A DNA stretch of 64,000 bases from an uncultured Oscillospiraceae bacterium. Its GTDB lineage: Bacteria > Bacillota > Clostridia > Saccharofermentanales > Fastidiosipilaceae. A program made the translations under genes and the position numbers. Positions 37,688-48,115 of this stretch are shown in pieces; within the stretch, counting starts at the first letter, position 1, and every line of letters begins with the position of its first letter. The notes under the pieces were generated by a model. The model worked only from the letters and a program-made list of their open reading frames with translations, ran no database searches and was not told the DNA's origin. The stretch spans positions 66,236 to 130,235 of the forward strand of contig CAZLEA010000001.1 in assembly GCA_964558445.1 (NCBI GenBank). The letters are read 5' to 3'.

Positions 37688-38794
37688 TTATACTACACTG
37701 CCCTTGGCCACCACAATCGGGTGCGCCTCCTGGCCAATCAGCTTGATGCCGGGGCGGATGACGCAGTCCTTGTCGATGATGACGTTCTCCAGTTCGCAGC
37801 CTTCGCCGATATACGTATCCTGGAAGATGATGCTGTTCTTCACCCGGCTGCGCTCACCTACGGTTACACCGCGGAAGAGCAGGGAGTGCTCGACTTCGCC
37901 CTCAATATAGCAACCGTCCGATACCATGCTGTCCTTGACCGAGCATTGATCCAAGTAGAAGGCGGGCGCTTCATCCTTAACCTTCGTAAATACGGGTCTA
38001 TCCGACCAGAAGAGTTTGGAGCGAACCGGTTCGTTTAGCGAGCGCATCGTCTCTTGGAAGTAAGTTGCGGTCGAATTGATTCTGAGCACGGTCGACTTCG
38101 ATTCATAACCATAGATCCTGTAGCGATCGGCTTGCTTGGCGAAGAAGTCGATACCCACCTGAGAGACACCACGAGACAGTGCATCACTCAAGATATCGAC
38201 AAACAGTTGGCGCTCCATATAGAGGATGCCGAGCGAGGAACGATTGGACTTACTGTTGACGGGATTGAGTAAGATGGCCTTGACCTTGTCGTTACGACTA
38301 ATATCCAGGATATAATTCGGGTTACCGCCCTTATCACCATCGCGGTTGTACGCGATTGTAATCTCTGCATCACGCTCCTTGTGGAAGGCAGCCATATCGA
38401 GGAACGTCGTATTCAAGATGACGTTACTGCTCATGACTACGATATACTTCTCCTTGAGATCGCGGAAGAAGTCCAGGATACCGGTTAAGTCATCGCCCGT
38501 ATCGCCATAATGCTCAGCTGCTACGTAGGGCGGAATCAGGGATAGGCCACCATACTTGCGATCCAAGTCCCATGCACTGCCCGTACCGAGATGATCCATC
38601 AGAGATTTGTACTTCTCGAAGGTCGACACGCCGACACTTCGAATCCCGCTGTTAACCATGTTAGATAGGGCAAAATCGATGATCCGATAGCGACCGCCAA
38701 ACGGTATGGCCGACAAGGCCCGAGGACGGCTTAGGTCACCCAATTGAATTCGTCTGTCATCGGCCAAAATCAGGCCACATGTATCTCTTAGCAT
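37688..38794 (-). CDS. glgD: glucose-1-phosphate adenylyltransferase regulatory subunit GlgD
   Basis: GlgC paralog lacking the GGxGxRL loop (LILADD...LSAIPFGGRYRIIDFALSN), with a left-handed beta-helix C-terminus. Positioned between glgC and glgA. Confidence 0.88.
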   Translation of the reverse strand: MLRDTCGLILADDRRIQLGDLSRPRALSAIPFGGRYRIIDFALSNMVNSGIRSVGVSTFEKYKSLMDHLGTGSAWDLDRKYGGLSLIPPYVAAEHYGDTGDDLTGILDFFRDLKEKYIVVMSSNVILNTTFLDMAAFHKERDAEITIAYNRDGDKGGNPNYILDISRNDKVKAILLNPVNSKSNRSSLGILYMERQLFVDILSDALSRGVSQVGIDFFAKQADRYRIYGYESKSTVLRINSTATYFQETMRSLNEPVRSKLFWSDRPVFTKVKDEAPAFYLDQCSVKDSMVSDGCYIEGEVEHSLLFRGVTVGERSRVKNSIIFQDTYIGEGCELENVIIDKDCVIRPGIKLIGQEAHPIVVAKGSVV

Positions 38795-38806
38795 GACACC
38801 CTCCCT

Positions 38807-40069
38807 CTAGAACGTCGACATATGTCCGACGCGATCGACTACATCGTCCTCGCCGTCGCATATACCGCTGACTACCATACAGTTACCGGGCACCACCGCC
38901 CCCTGCTTCAGAACCAAACCGCCGTCGATCAGAGTTATATCGTCCGAGCAGATGTGGTCGTTGAAATACGAATTCTTCGGATCCGACTCACCGCCGATGC
39001 GAGAGTCCTCGCCGATAACGGCATCCGTACCGACAATCACCTTGTCCAATACCGCACCCTTCTTGACACGTACGCCCGGCATCAAGACACTGTCACGGAC
39101 GATCGCGCCTTCTTCGATATACACGCTATGCGCGAGCACCGAGTGCCGAACCGTACCATAGACCTGACAACCATCCGTCATGACGGAGTGTGAGACCTGG
39201 GCCTTACCTGAGATGAAGTGAGCGGGCTTGATCGGGTTCCTGCTATAGACTCTCCAGGTCTCATCGCGGAAATTCAACTCGTCCGGATGGTCTAGTATGT
39301 CCATATTGGATTCCCACAGACTCTTGATCGTACCGACATCCTTCCAGTAGCCTGAGAAGCGGTGCGAGATCAGCTTCTTCCCCTCATCCAAGAGTTTGGG
39401 GATGATATTCTTACCGAAGTCGTGGCTTGACGTCTCGTCTTGATCGTCTTCGATCAGTGCCTGACGGAGGATCGGCCAGGAGAACAAGTAGATACCCATC
39501 GAAGCCAGATTGCTCTTGGGCTTGGCCGGTTTCTCCTCGAACTCGACGATCAGGCCTTCTTCGTCCGTGTTCATGATGCCGAAGCGCGGCGCCTCGTCCC
39601 AAGGAACTTCATAGACTGCAATCGTCGCGTCCGCTTCGCCTGACACGTGTGCCTCGAGCATACGGTTGTAATTCATCTTATAGATATGGTCACCCGACAA
39701 GATCAGAACGTAATTTGGATCGAATTCGTCGATAAACGTGATGTTCTGGAAGATTGCGTTCGCTGTATTCGTATACCAGTCCTTACCCTCTGCATGCTGA
39801 TAAGGTGGCAAAATAAAAGCACCCCCGTTACTTCGATCCAAGTCCCAAGGATGGCCATTCCCTACATAAGTGTTCAGCGCAAGTGGCTGGTACTGCGTCA
39901 ATACACCAACGGTATCGATGCTCGAGTTAGTAATGTTGCTCAGCGGAAAATCAATGATACAATAACGGCTTCCGAACGGCACGGCAGGCTTGGCCACGGA
40001 TTTGGTCAGTGCACCGAGCCGTGAACCCTGTCCGCCTGCCAATATCATGGCTATCATCTCTTTCTTCAC
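38807..40069 (-). CDS. glgC: glucose-1-phosphate adenylyltransferase
   Basis: [32 protein letters not shown] and FEEKP are GlgC motifs. GTG start at 40069 with a GGAGGG SD 8 nt upstream ([13 protein letters not shown]). Confidence 0.92.
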   Translation of the reverse strand: MKKEMIAMILAGGQGSRLGALTKSVAKPAVPFGSRYCIIDFPLSNITNSSIDTVGVLTQYQPLALNTYVGNGHPWDLDRSNGGAFILPPYQHAEGKDWYTNTANAIFQNITFIDEFDPNYVLILSGDHIYKMNYNRMLEAHVSGEADATIAVYEVPWDEAPRFGIMNTDEEGLIVEFEEKPAKPKSNLASMGIYLFSWPILRQALIEDDQDETSSHDFGKNIIPKLLDEGKKLISHRFSGYWKDVGTIKSLWESNMDILDHPDELNFRDETWRVYSRNPIKPAHFISGKAQVSHSVMTDGCQVYGTVRHSVLAHSVYIEEGAIVRDSVLMPGVRVKKGAVLDKVIVGTDAVIGEDSRIGGESDPKNSYFNDHICSDDITLIDGGLVLKQGAVVPGNCMVVSGICDGEDDVVDRVGHMSTF

Positions 40070-40265
40070 GGTTGCATCCCTCCAATCTTGTCCTATACGA
40101 TCCAATGCGTTATGTCTAACGTCATTCGGACCATATATCTAGATTAAGTTTATCATAAATTAGTATATTTGATATTGCAAATACCAATTTCTACTATTAA
40201 TAATGTGACACATATGCTAAAATACGCTTAAATTCATGGTCGCAGACTCGATCTCAGGAGGTAGT

Positions 40266-40697
40266 ATGTTCAACTTGACAAATTTGACCCCTCAGTTATT
40301 GGCTGATTCGCTGATTCCCGTCCAATATTTCTTGATCGCACTCACTGTTGCCGTATTTGTACTGCTCTTCGTGCTCATCATCCACATCGCGTCCGAGAAG
40401 CGGGCAATAGAGGATCTGGGCACAACAATCCGAGATCTGCTCGGCACATCGCCCCTCACGCCTGCAGTCGCGTCCGTCCATACAGCTGCAGTCCCCGATG
40501 ACATGAGCGAGGACGAGCTTGTAGCCGTGATGATGGCCGCCATATCCGCTTACGAAGCAGACACGAAGGCCACGACAAGCGATACAATTGCAGCCGGTGC
40601 ACTCTCATCTAGCGCCTCCAACGAACCCTATCCCGAACAAGCTGCCCCTACAAACCTCGCAGGCTTCAAGATCCGCTCGATCAAACGCGTTTCTTAG
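40266..40697 (+). CDS. OadG-family (decarboxylase gamma/delta-like) small membrane protein
   Basis: AGGAGG SD before the ATG at 40266. One N-terminal TM segment, then SEDELVAVMMAAISAYEAD typical of OadG-family proteins, and an Ala/Ser-rich tail. Confidence 0.6.
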   Translation: MFNLTNLTPQLLADSLIPVQYFLIALTVAVFVLLFVLIIHIASEKRAIEDLGTTIRDLLGTSPLTPAVASVHTAAVPDDMSEDELVAVMMAAISAYEADTKATTSDTIAAGALSSSASNEPYPEQAAPTNLAGFKIRSIKRVS

Positions 40698-40732
40698 AAC
40701 GCGTACCCGAATACCAGAATAGATAATACAAC

Positions 40733-40775
40733 GAAACCGGCTTGCAAGACACGCTCACAAGCCGGTTTCTTATCG
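40733..40775. terminator. bidirectional terminator between the OadG-like gene and prmA
   Basis: Perfect 12-bp stem GAAACCGGCTTG / CAAGCCGGTTTC with a 13-nt loop, followed by TTATCG. Confidence 0.6.
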
Positions 40776-40810
40776 AATTCTATATGCTCGGACCTTCTGG
40801 TCCATACGGA

Positions 40811-41863
40811 TTAATCCAGATCGATGGCTTCTTCATAGACCTTGTGGAAGACAAGCATCTGCCAGTCGTTTCGCTCTACTGCGAGATGCAGTCCAAGCCC
40901 TGCCCTGCGGAAGCGCTTAATCACATCCTCCTTGCGATCCAAGATGATACCGCCTGCCAGGTAGAGGCCCAGATCGCTTAGTCGGTTTGCAATCTGATCG
41001 GCCAAATCGATGTGCAGATCGGCCAGCAGGTTCGCGGCAATCACATCATAACGCTTCTCGCAATCCTCCAGCTCACCCGTGAAGCAATTAATCTTGTCGC
41101 TTAATCCGTTTCTGGCGATATTCTCTCGAGCAACTTCGACAGAATGCGGATCGATGTCGCAGGCATCCACGTGCCTCGCGCCCAAGAGAGCGGCACCGAT
41201 AGCGAGGATACCAGATCCGGTACCAAGGTCCAGCACGAGCGAGCCCGGATTCATGAACTCATCTAGTGCTTCGAGGCTAAGCTGTGTGCTCTCGTGCGAA
41301 CCGGTTCCGAAGGCAGAACCGGGATCGAGGGTGATGACCTTCTCTCCTTGAAGCGGTTTGTAATCCTCCCAGGACGGCTTGATCACCAGTCGTTCGGATA
41401 CCTTCATTGTGCGATAGTGCTTACGCCACTGATTGGCCCAATCCTCTTCATCAATGAAGCGTCCGTCAACCGTTGCCGGAGCGATATCCAGGAACTGACC
41501 GATGCGCATAAGCTCTTCATGGACCATGGATGTGAAGTCCTCTGTATCCAATACTTGGTAGTCGCGTGCATCGTAGAGCTTGATCACATCCTGTGTGCTG
41601 AGCTTCTCATCATCTGGCAAGCGGAAACCAAACCGTACGGAGCCGCCTTGTCCGGGGAAGAAGGCTCGCACCAACACGTGATCCGGCAGACCCTCCAAGT
41701 AAGACGGGTCGAAGAAGACAGTCTCGTTGCTATTCTCGTAGGCAAGCTTCAGGTCGAACGGATCTTCCGAAGCCACACCGACCGCACCCATCTCCAATAA
41801 ACTCTCAATTACGCTGTCGGCCGCTTCCTGGCTTGTTGCTATCTCTGTCTGCCACCACTTCAT
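40811..41863 (-). CDS. prmA: ribosomal protein L11 methyltransferase
   Basis: MKWWQTEI...SQEAADSV N-terminus, LDLGTGSGILAI SAM motif, and a position directly after dnaJ. Confidence 0.88.
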   Translation of the reverse strand: MKWWQTEIATSQEAADSVIESLLEMGAVGVASEDPFDLKLAYENSNETVFFDPSYLEGLPDHVLVRAFFPGQGGSVRFGFRLPDDEKLSTQDVIKLYDARDYQVLDTEDFTSMVHEELMRIGQFLDIAPATVDGRFIDEEDWANQWRKHYRTMKVSERLVIKPSWEDYKPLQGEKVITLDPGSAFGTGSHESTQLSLEALDEFMNPGSLVLDLGTGSGILAIGAALLGARHVDACDIDPHSVEVARENIARNGLSDKINCFTGELEDCEKRYDVIAANLLADLHIDLADQIANRLSDLGLYLAGGIILDRKEDVIKRFRRAGLGLHLAVERNDWQMLVFHKVYEEAIDLD

Positions 41864-41890
41864 ACCTAGTCTCTTCCTTCTCTTCTATAC

Positions 41891-43027
41891 TTAGCTACGA
41901 TCGGCAAAAAGATTCTTCAGCTTATGGAAGAAGCCCTCTCGCTTCGCATAGTTACGATCCGTCGTGCTGGATTCGAATTGACTTAGCAAGTCCTTCTGAT
42001 CCTTGTTCAAGTTCTTCGGAATCTCGATACTCACCGTCACGATGGCATCGCCGCGCTGGTTGTTTCGCTTCAGGATCGGGATACCCTTGTTGCGAATCGT
42101 GATGACGTCGCCGGGCTGTGTCCCCTCCTTGAGCTTGTATTGCATGGTACCGTCAATCGTCGGGACCTCAATCTCTTCGCCGAGCGCAGCTTGGACGAAG
42201 CTCACCGGTACCTCGCAGTAGGTGTTGAAGCCCTTCCTGGTGAAGATCGGATGCGGCTTGATATTCATCTCGACATAGAGATCGCCATATCCTCCGCCAA
42301 GTGTACCGACTTCTCCCTCACCGGGCATGGTCATCATCTGACCGTGGTCGATACCGGCAGGCACTTCGATCGAGAGTTCCTTCTCGACACGGCGACGACC
42401 TCTGCCGTTACAAGTGGGACAGGGTGTCGGAATGATCTTGCCCGTACCGCGACAAGCATCACAGGTTCTGGTCGTCATCATGGTCCCGAACATCGTCTGC
42501 TGGCGTGCTTGTACCTGGCCGCTACCATGACAAGTCGAGCAAGTATGTGCGGATGTACCGGGCGCAGCGCCCGTCCCCTCACAATGGTCGCAGCTGTCTT
42601 CCTTCGTAATCTTAAACGTGCGCTTGGTACCGAAGGCTGCTTCCATGAAGTCCAGGCTCATGCGATAACGCAGGTCCGAGCCGCGTCTGGCCTGACTTCG
42701 CTGTGATTGTCCGCCCCCGAAGCCGAAGCCTCCGCCGAACATGCTGTTGAGTATATCTTCGAAATCGAAGCCGGCAGCCGCACCGCCGAAGCCCTGACCG
42801 TCTACACCGGCATGACCGAATTGGTCGTATTGACGCCGCTTATCCGCATCCGACAAGACCGCATACGCTTCGTTTGCTTCCTTGAACTTCGCCTCTGCCT
42901 CGCTGTCATCCGTATTCACGTCCGGATGATACTTCTTGGCCAGCTTGCGATAGGCCTTCTTCAGTTCATCGTCTGTCGCATTTCGGCCGACGCCAAGCAC
43001 CTCGTAGTAATCTCTCTTATCTGCCAC
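41891..43027 (-). CDS. dnaJ: molecular chaperone DnaJ
   Basis: J domain with KKYHPD, a G/F region, and four CxxCxGxG repeats. GTG start with a GGAGGG SD. Confidence 0.95.
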   Translation of the reverse strand: MADKRDYYEVLGVGRNATDDELKKAYRKLAKKYHPDVNTDDSEAEAKFKEANEAYAVLSDADKRRQYDQFGHAGVDGQGFGGAAAGFDFEDILNSMFGGGFGFGGGQSQRSQARRGSDLRYRMSLDFMEAAFGTKRTFKITKEDSCDHCEGTGAAPGTSAHTCSTCHGSGQVQARQQTMFGTMMTTRTCDACRGTGKIIPTPCPTCNGRGRRRVEKELSIEVPAGIDHGQMMTMPGEGEVGTLGGGYGDLYVEMNIKPHPIFTRKGFNTYCEVPVSFVQAALGEEIEVPTIDGTMQYKLKEGTQPGDVITIRNKGIPILKRNNQRGDAIVTVSIEIPKNLNKDQKDLLSQFESSTTDRNYAKREGFFHKLKNLFADRS

Positions 43028-43054
43028 TTGGCCCTCCTAACTGATGACGAACAA

Positions 43055-43091
43055 GACAGCCTGTCTCACGTATGAGCATGCTCAGGCTGTC
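43055..43091 (-). terminator. intra-operon hairpin (partial terminator/processing site) between dnaK and dnaJ
   Basis: Minus strand reads GACAGCCTG, a 19-nt loop, CAGGCTGTC, followed by TTGTTCG. Confidence 0.45.
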
Positions 43092-43151
43092 CAAGTCATC
43101 GTTTAACCTATGTATTCAACGAAATAAGCTGTCTCTTGTCAAGCACATAGC

Positions 43152-44963
43152 TTACTCGTCAGAGCCGGCATCCTTGAAGCCTGCTTCCGGTCCATCCTGC
43201 GTGAATTCGGGGCCGCCTGCGGCTTCCGGGTTCGACTGGCTGTAGATCTTCTCAGACATCTGATAGATCGCCTGTGTCAGTTCCTCGGTTGCGCTCTTCA
43301 TGTTCTCGTAGTTCTCGGCAGAGATCGCTTCCTTGACGGTCGCAATCTTGGACTCGATGTTCTCCTTATCGGCAGGATCCACCTTATCCTCGAGGTCCTT
43401 CAGACTCTTCTCTGCGCTATATACGGCAGACTCCGCTTCGTTCTTGGTCTCGATCTCTTCCTTGCGAGCCTTGTCCTCGGCAGCGTACTGCTCTGCTTCC
43501 TTGACGGCGCGATCGATGTCCTCGTCACTGAGGTTAGTCGATGCGGTAATCGTGATATTCTGCGCCTTGCCTGTTGCCTTATCGGTTGCCGATACTTCTA
43601 CGATACCGTTGGCATCGATATCAAACGTGACTTCGATCTGCGGCACGCCACGCGGTGCGGAAGCGATACCGTCCAGGATGAAGTTACCAAGCGACTTATT
43701 GTAGCGGGCCAGTTCGCGCTCGCCCTGGAGGACATGCACGTCTACTTGTGTCTGGCCGTCGGCCGCGGTCGAGAAGATCTGGCTCTTCTTGGTCGGGATC
43801 GTGGTGTTACGCTCGATGATGCGGGTGAACACGCCGCCCATGGTCTCGATACCGAGAGACAACGGTGTGACATCGAGGAGGAGCAAACCGGTTACATCAC
43901 CGGTCAGGACGCCTGCCTGGATGGCTGCACCGATCGCGACACACTCGTCCGGATTGATGCCCTTGAAGGGCTCCTTGCCGAAGAAGCGCTGAACGGCTTC
44001 CTGGACTGCCGGAATACGAGTCGAACCACCGACGAGCAAGATCTTGTTGATCTTATCCTTCGATAGACCGGAGTCGGCAACTGCCTTGCGCAGCGGCTCC
44101 ATGCTCTGCTCGACCAGATCTGCGGTGAGTTCGTTGAACTTACTTCTGCTAAGCGTCAGGTCCAGATGCTTCGTGCCGCTTGCATCGGCTGTGATGTAAG
44201 GCAAGTTGATGTTGGTGCTGGTAACGGAACTAAGTTCGACCTTGGCCTTCTCAGCCGAGTCGCGCAGGCGCTGTAGCGCCATCTTGTCGTTACGCAGGTC
44301 CAGGCCATCCGTCTTCTGGAACTCTGAGACCATCCAATCGACGATCTTGTTATCGAAGTCGTCACCGCCAAGTCTGTTGTTACCGTTGGTTGCGAGAACT
44401 TCGAAGACACCGTCACCGATCTCGAGGATCGATACGTCAAAGGTACCGCCGCCAAGGTCGAAGACCAAGATATTCTGATCCTCTTCCTTATCGAGTCCGT
44501 AGGCCAGAGCGGCTGCGGTCGGCTCGTTGATGATACGAAGCACTTCCAGACCGGCGATGCGACCTGCGTCCTTCGTCGCCTGACGCTGCGCGTCGGAGAA
44601 GTAAGCCGGTACCGTGATGACAGCCTGAGATACGGTCTCGCCCAGATAGGCTTCCGCATCCGCCTTGAGCTTCTGCAGCAGCATGGCCGAGATCTCCTGA
44701 GGGGTGTAAGACTTATCGTCAATATTCACCTTGTGGGAGCTGCCCATCTCACGCTTGATCGACTGAATCGTGCGATCGGGATTCGTGATGGCCTGACGCT
44801 TCGCAATCTGACCGACCAGACGCTCTCCGTCCTTGGTGAACGCGACAACGGACGACGTCGTGCGGTTACCCTCCGAGTTTGTGATAACGACCGGCTCACC
44901 GCCCTCCATGACGGCAACACACGAGTTGGTTGTACCTAGATCGATTCCGATAACTTTTGACAT
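43152..44963 (-). CDS. dnaK: molecular chaperone DnaK
   Basis: [18 protein letters not shown] and [11 protein letters not shown] are Hsp70 signatures. Confidence 0.97.
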   Translation of the reverse strand: MSKVIGIDLGTTNSCVAVMEGGEPVVITNSEGNRTTSSVVAFTKDGERLVGQIAKRQAITNPDRTIQSIKREMGSSHKVNIDDKSYTPQEISAMLLQKLKADAEAYLGETVSQAVITVPAYFSDAQRQATKDAGRIAGLEVLRIINEPTAAALAYGLDKEEDQNILVFDLGGGTFDVSILEIGDGVFEVLATNGNNRLGGDDFDNKIVDWMVSEFQKTDGLDLRNDKMALQRLRDSAEKAKVELSSVTSTNINLPYITADASGTKHLDLTLSRSKFNELTADLVEQSMEPLRKAVADSGLSKDKINKILLVGGSTRIPAVQEAVQRFFGKEPFKGINPDECVAIGAAIQAGVLTGDVTGLLLLDVTPLSLGIETMGGVFTRIIERNTTIPTKKSQIFSTAADGQTQVDVHVLQGERELARYNKSLGNFILDGIASAPRGVPQIEVTFDIDANGIVEVSATDKATGKAQNITITASTNLSDEDIDRAVKEAEQYAAEDKARKEEIETKNEAESAVYSAEKSLKDLEDKVDPADKENIESKIATVKEAISAENYENMKSATEELTQAIYQMSEKIYSQSNPEAAGGPEFTQDGPEAGFKDAGSDE

Positions 44964-45030
44964 TGTAATCCTCCTAAAAAAACTTCATATCTATTTGAAC
45001 TAAATTGATTCACTAATTTATATCGATCGC

Positions 45031-45627
45031 TTAATTGGCGACCTTCACAACGGCGTGGCGAATGACGGTCCCTTCGCGAACATAACCCTTCTCGAAGACT
45101 TCCACGACTTCGCTTGCCTCATACTGCTCATCGTCTATATGCAAAACGGCTGAGTGCAAATTGGGATCGAAGGTCTCGCCAAGCGGGTCTATAACCGTGA
45201 CCTTGAGCTTCACAAGACTCTTCTCGACTTGCCTCATGACGAGGTTCAAACCTTCTCGGAATTGCTGGACTTCGCCGGATTCGCTCGTCTCACTGATCTT
45301 GAGTGCTCGCTCCAAATTATCGACAACCGGCAGCCACTCACCGACAACATCCGTGATCGAACGCTCATAGAGCTGATCCTTCTCCTTCTGGCTTCGTCGT
45401 CTGAAGTTGTCGTACTCGGCCATCAAGCGGATATACTTATCGCTTAGCTCTGCGATCTGCAAATCCTTCTGGTCTTCGGCCAACAAATCTTCTTCCGGCG
45501 CGGCCTCAGCTGTCTCGTAGGTTTCGTCTTCTGCTTCGTCCGACAACAATTCGGTATCTAGCATATCTTCCGATGTCTCGTCCATCACGTCTTGTGTCAA
45601 ACGATCTCGCTTATCCTTCTTCCTCAA
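45031..45627 (-). CDS. grpE: nucleotide exchange factor GrpE
   Basis: An acidic N-terminus, RL.AEYDNFRRR, and a C-terminal beta domain GTVIRHAVVKV. Confidence 0.92.
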   Translation of the reverse strand: MRKKDKRDRLTQDVMDETSEDMLDTELLSDEAEDETYETAEAAPEEDLLAEDQKDLQIAELSDKYIRLMAEYDNFRRRSQKEKDQLYERSITDVVGEWLPVVDNLERALKISETSESGEVQQFREGLNLVMRQVEKSLVKLKVTVIDPLGETFDPNLHSAVLHIDDEQYEASEVVEVFEKGYVREGTVIRHAVVKVAN

Positions 45628-45670
45628 GTCTAATTCCTCCGTACATTACTCTCTATTTTGTTTCGTATCT

Positions 45671-46756
45671 CTATATCTCAAATTCGTTCAGTTCGGATAT
45701 CGCTTGGCGTATAAACCCAATCTGAGAGATCACCTTACTGTAAGCCATGCGTCTCGGCCCGATAACACCGATCGATCCGCTGATCTGGCCGGGTAAGCGA
45801 CAGGTCGCAGCGACGAAGCTGCAGTCCTTGAACTCTTCTTGTTGCAGTTCCTGACCGATGCGAATCATGAAGCGTGTCGGTTCGTTTACGCTAAGCGATC
45901 CCGAAACCGCTTCTTCCTCACGGTCGATCACGGTCGGATCCGTCTCCTCCATCATGCCGATGATCAAACCATCGTCACGTAGGGCGTGGAGGACGGCACC
46001 CGCGCGCTCCGTATCCCGGAACTCGGGATGAGAGAACAGCTTGGGCATGCCATCGATATAAGTCTCTAGGTTATCCGCCTGCTTGATCGCACTATAAGCC
46101 TCGTAGGCAACTTGGTTCAGCAGACTCTCGGGCAGATCGCTATTCTGCATACTGCTCTGAACCGTGACCAGTGTGATGTCCTGTAAGCGAACACCGTCCA
46201 GTCGCTGCTCGATCGCAAGCGACAAATCGCTTAGTTGCTGCGGGTTTAGTATGTCCGGCAAACGAACGATCTTATCCTTCACAAGTCCTGCGGACAAGAC
46301 GATAACCACCAAGACCTTACCTGGCTCGATCATCAGCATCTTGAGTTGCTTCAAGCTGCTGGCAGCCAAGCGCGGTGAGACGGCAAGTGAGGTGTAGCCC
46401 GTACCCTCGGACAAGATCCAGGAGACTTGCTTCAGCAGCTCCTTCATCTCATCTGCGTGCGTACTCAGGTTATGGCGGATCGCAAGGCGGTTAGCCTCTT
46501 GTATCGGTAGGATCGGCATCAACTCCTCGACATACTTACGATAACCGAGGTCCGAGGGCACTCTGCCCGCCGATGTATGCGGCTGTTCGAGATAACCCAA
46601 TTGCTCGAGTTCTGCCATCGTGTTACGAATAGTCGCCGAGCTGACCGGCAAATGATACTTATCGACCAGGGTCTTGGATGCCACAGGTTCCGCAGTCTCA
46701 ATATAGTCTTCTACAATCGTGCGAAGCACATCTCTCTTACGCTGATCCAGTGTCAT
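45671..46756 (-). CDS. hrcA: heat-inducible transcription repressor HrcA
   Basis: LDQRKRDVLRTIVEDYIETAEPVASKTL...SSATIRN.MAELE..GYL.QPHTSAGR.P is the HrcA signature. Start set at MTLDQRK. Confidence 0.93.
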   Translation of the reverse strand: MTLDQRKRDVLRTIVEDYIETAEPVASKTLVDKYHLPVSSATIRNTMAELEQLGYLEQPHTSAGRVPSDLGYRKYVEELMPILPIQEANRLAIRHNLSTHADEMKELLKQVSWILSEGTGYTSLAVSPRLAASSLKQLKMLMIEPGKVLVVIVLSAGLVKDKIVRLPDILNPQQLSDLSLAIEQRLDGVRLQDITLVTVQSSMQNSDLPESLLNQVAYEAYSAIKQADNLETYIDGMPKLFSHPEFRDTERAGAVLHALRDDGLIIGMMEETDPTVIDREEEAVSGSLSVNEPTRFMIRIGQELQQEEFKDCSFVAATCRLPGQISGSIGVIGPRRMAYSKVISQIGFIRQAISELNEFEI

Positions 46757-46788
46757 GTACCATTGCCCCTTTCGTCTCTGATCAAAAT

Positions 46789-46815
46789 TTAGCACTCAAA
46801 TCTCCTGAGTGCTAA
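46789..46815 (-). promoter_or_regulatory. CIRCE operator (HrcA binding site)
   Basis: Perfect TTAGCACTC-N9-GAGTGCTAA inverted repeat 33 nt upstream of the hrcA ATG. Confidence 0.95.
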
Positions 46816-46819
46816 ACCC

Positions 46820-46848
46820 ATTCTATTATCATTTACGGGGAATGTCAA
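46820..46848 (-). promoter_or_regulatory. sigma-70-type promoter of the hrcA-grpE-dnaK-dnaJ operon
   Basis: Minus strand has TTGACA (46843-46848), a 17-nt spacer, then TAGAAT (46820-46825), immediately upstream of CIRCE. Confidence 0.7.
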
Positions 46849-46922
46849 TGAATATCAAATCAACTTGGTAAATACTTTGTGAACGTACTGTGCCAAGGTG
46901 TGGCACATAGGTACAAATTGCC

Positions 46923-48110
46923 CTACACGAACTCCATAAATACGAAATTGGCCAGGTCTATGCCGTGCCTCGTTAGGCGATAGTGCTCCCTTCGATCCGC
47001 TCGCTCACCCGCTTGCGATTCGATCAATCCCGCCTCTTCGAGCTGGGCGAGGCTATGGAGCACTCTAGCCGGCGGCTCCTCACCGAAACGCCTGCGAAAC
47101 GCCTCGAGATCAAGCCCGTCCAGCAGGCGAAATCCGAGCAAGAAGAATTCGAGCATCTCCTCATCTCGATCGATCACGTCTGCCTGCACGACCGCTCGAA
47201 ACGCCTCCGTCTCGCCGTCGCCATAAATCTGGATATACTCCTCCAGATCATCCGTATTCAGATAGCGTGTCCCGCCGAGGTATGCGGCAGCCGCAAGCCC
47301 GCAAGCCGCGTACTGCTCTCCCTGCCAATAGACCAAGTTATGGCGCCCTTCATAACCCGGAAGCCCGGAGTTACTGACTTCATAATGATGGAAGCCTGCT
47401 TCACCCAACAGCGCTCTTGCGGCCTCGTACATCTCACGTTCCGTATCTTCGTTTGGTAGATCATCCATCTGACCTGCTTGCTGCTGAGCATAAAACGGCG
47501 TACCCTCCTCGATAATCAGGGAATAAAACGAAACGTTCTTAAGATCCAAGGATAACAAGAGTGAGACGCTGTCTATTACATCGTCCATCGTCTGGCCCGG
47601 CAAGCCGATCATGAGATCAACCGAGATGTTCTCGAAACCGGCTTGTTTGGCCGCCGCGATGCTTAGCAAGAAATCATCTAGCTTATGGATGCGGCCGATA
47701 CGGCGAAGCAAGTGATCCCTACTGCTCTGCAAACCGACGCTCAGGCGATTGACACCGGCACGATAGAGCATGGCCAAGCCCTCGCTATCGGCTGATCCGG
47801 GGTTCGCTTCGACGGTGATCTCGGGGTTGTCTTCGAAGCCCCAGAGAGAGCGTACGAGATCAACCACGCGCGTGATCGCCTCTGTCGGGACATAGGTAGG
47901 CGTGCCGCCACCGAAGTAGAGCGTTCTTAGCGGTACAAGCTCGCCTCTCTTCTCCAGATAAGCCGCCTGAGCACGGAGCTCGTTGAACAGGGCATCGAAA
48001 TAATCAAGCTGCCTTGCTTCTTGTCCGATATAAGAGACAAAATCGCAGTATTGGCACTTCGCCTGACAAAACGGTACATGTATATATAGGGATGTGGGAG
48101 CCAGAGTCAT
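46923..48110 (-). CDS. hemW: radical SAM family heme chaperone HemW (HemN-like)
   Basis: LYIHVPFCQAKCQYCDF radical-SAM CxxxCxxC motif and a HemN_C-like C-terminus. Start set at MTLAPTSLY (48110). The ORF-track extension to 48317 overlaps the upstream gene in another frame. Confidence 0.88.
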   Translation of the reverse strand: MTLAPTSLYIHVPFCQAKCQYCDFVSYIGQEARQLDYFDALFNELRAQAAYLEKRGELVPLRTLYFGGGTPTYVPTEAITRVVDLVRSLWGFEDNPEITVEANPGSADSEGLAMLYRAGVNRLSVGLQSSRDHLLRRIGRIHKLDDFLLSIAAAKQAGFENISVDLMIGLPGQTMDDVIDSVSLLLSLDLKNVSFYSLIIEEGTPFYAQQQAGQMDDLPNEDTEREMYEAARALLGEAGFHHYEVSNSGLPGYEGRHNLVYWQGEQYAACGLAAAAYLGGTRYLNTDDLEEYIQIYGDGETEAFRAVVQADVIDRDEEMLEFFLLGFRLLDGLDLEAFRRRFGEEPPARVLHSLAQLEEAGLIESQAGERADRREHYRLTRHGIDLANFVFMEFV

Positions 48111-48115
48111 CTTCT

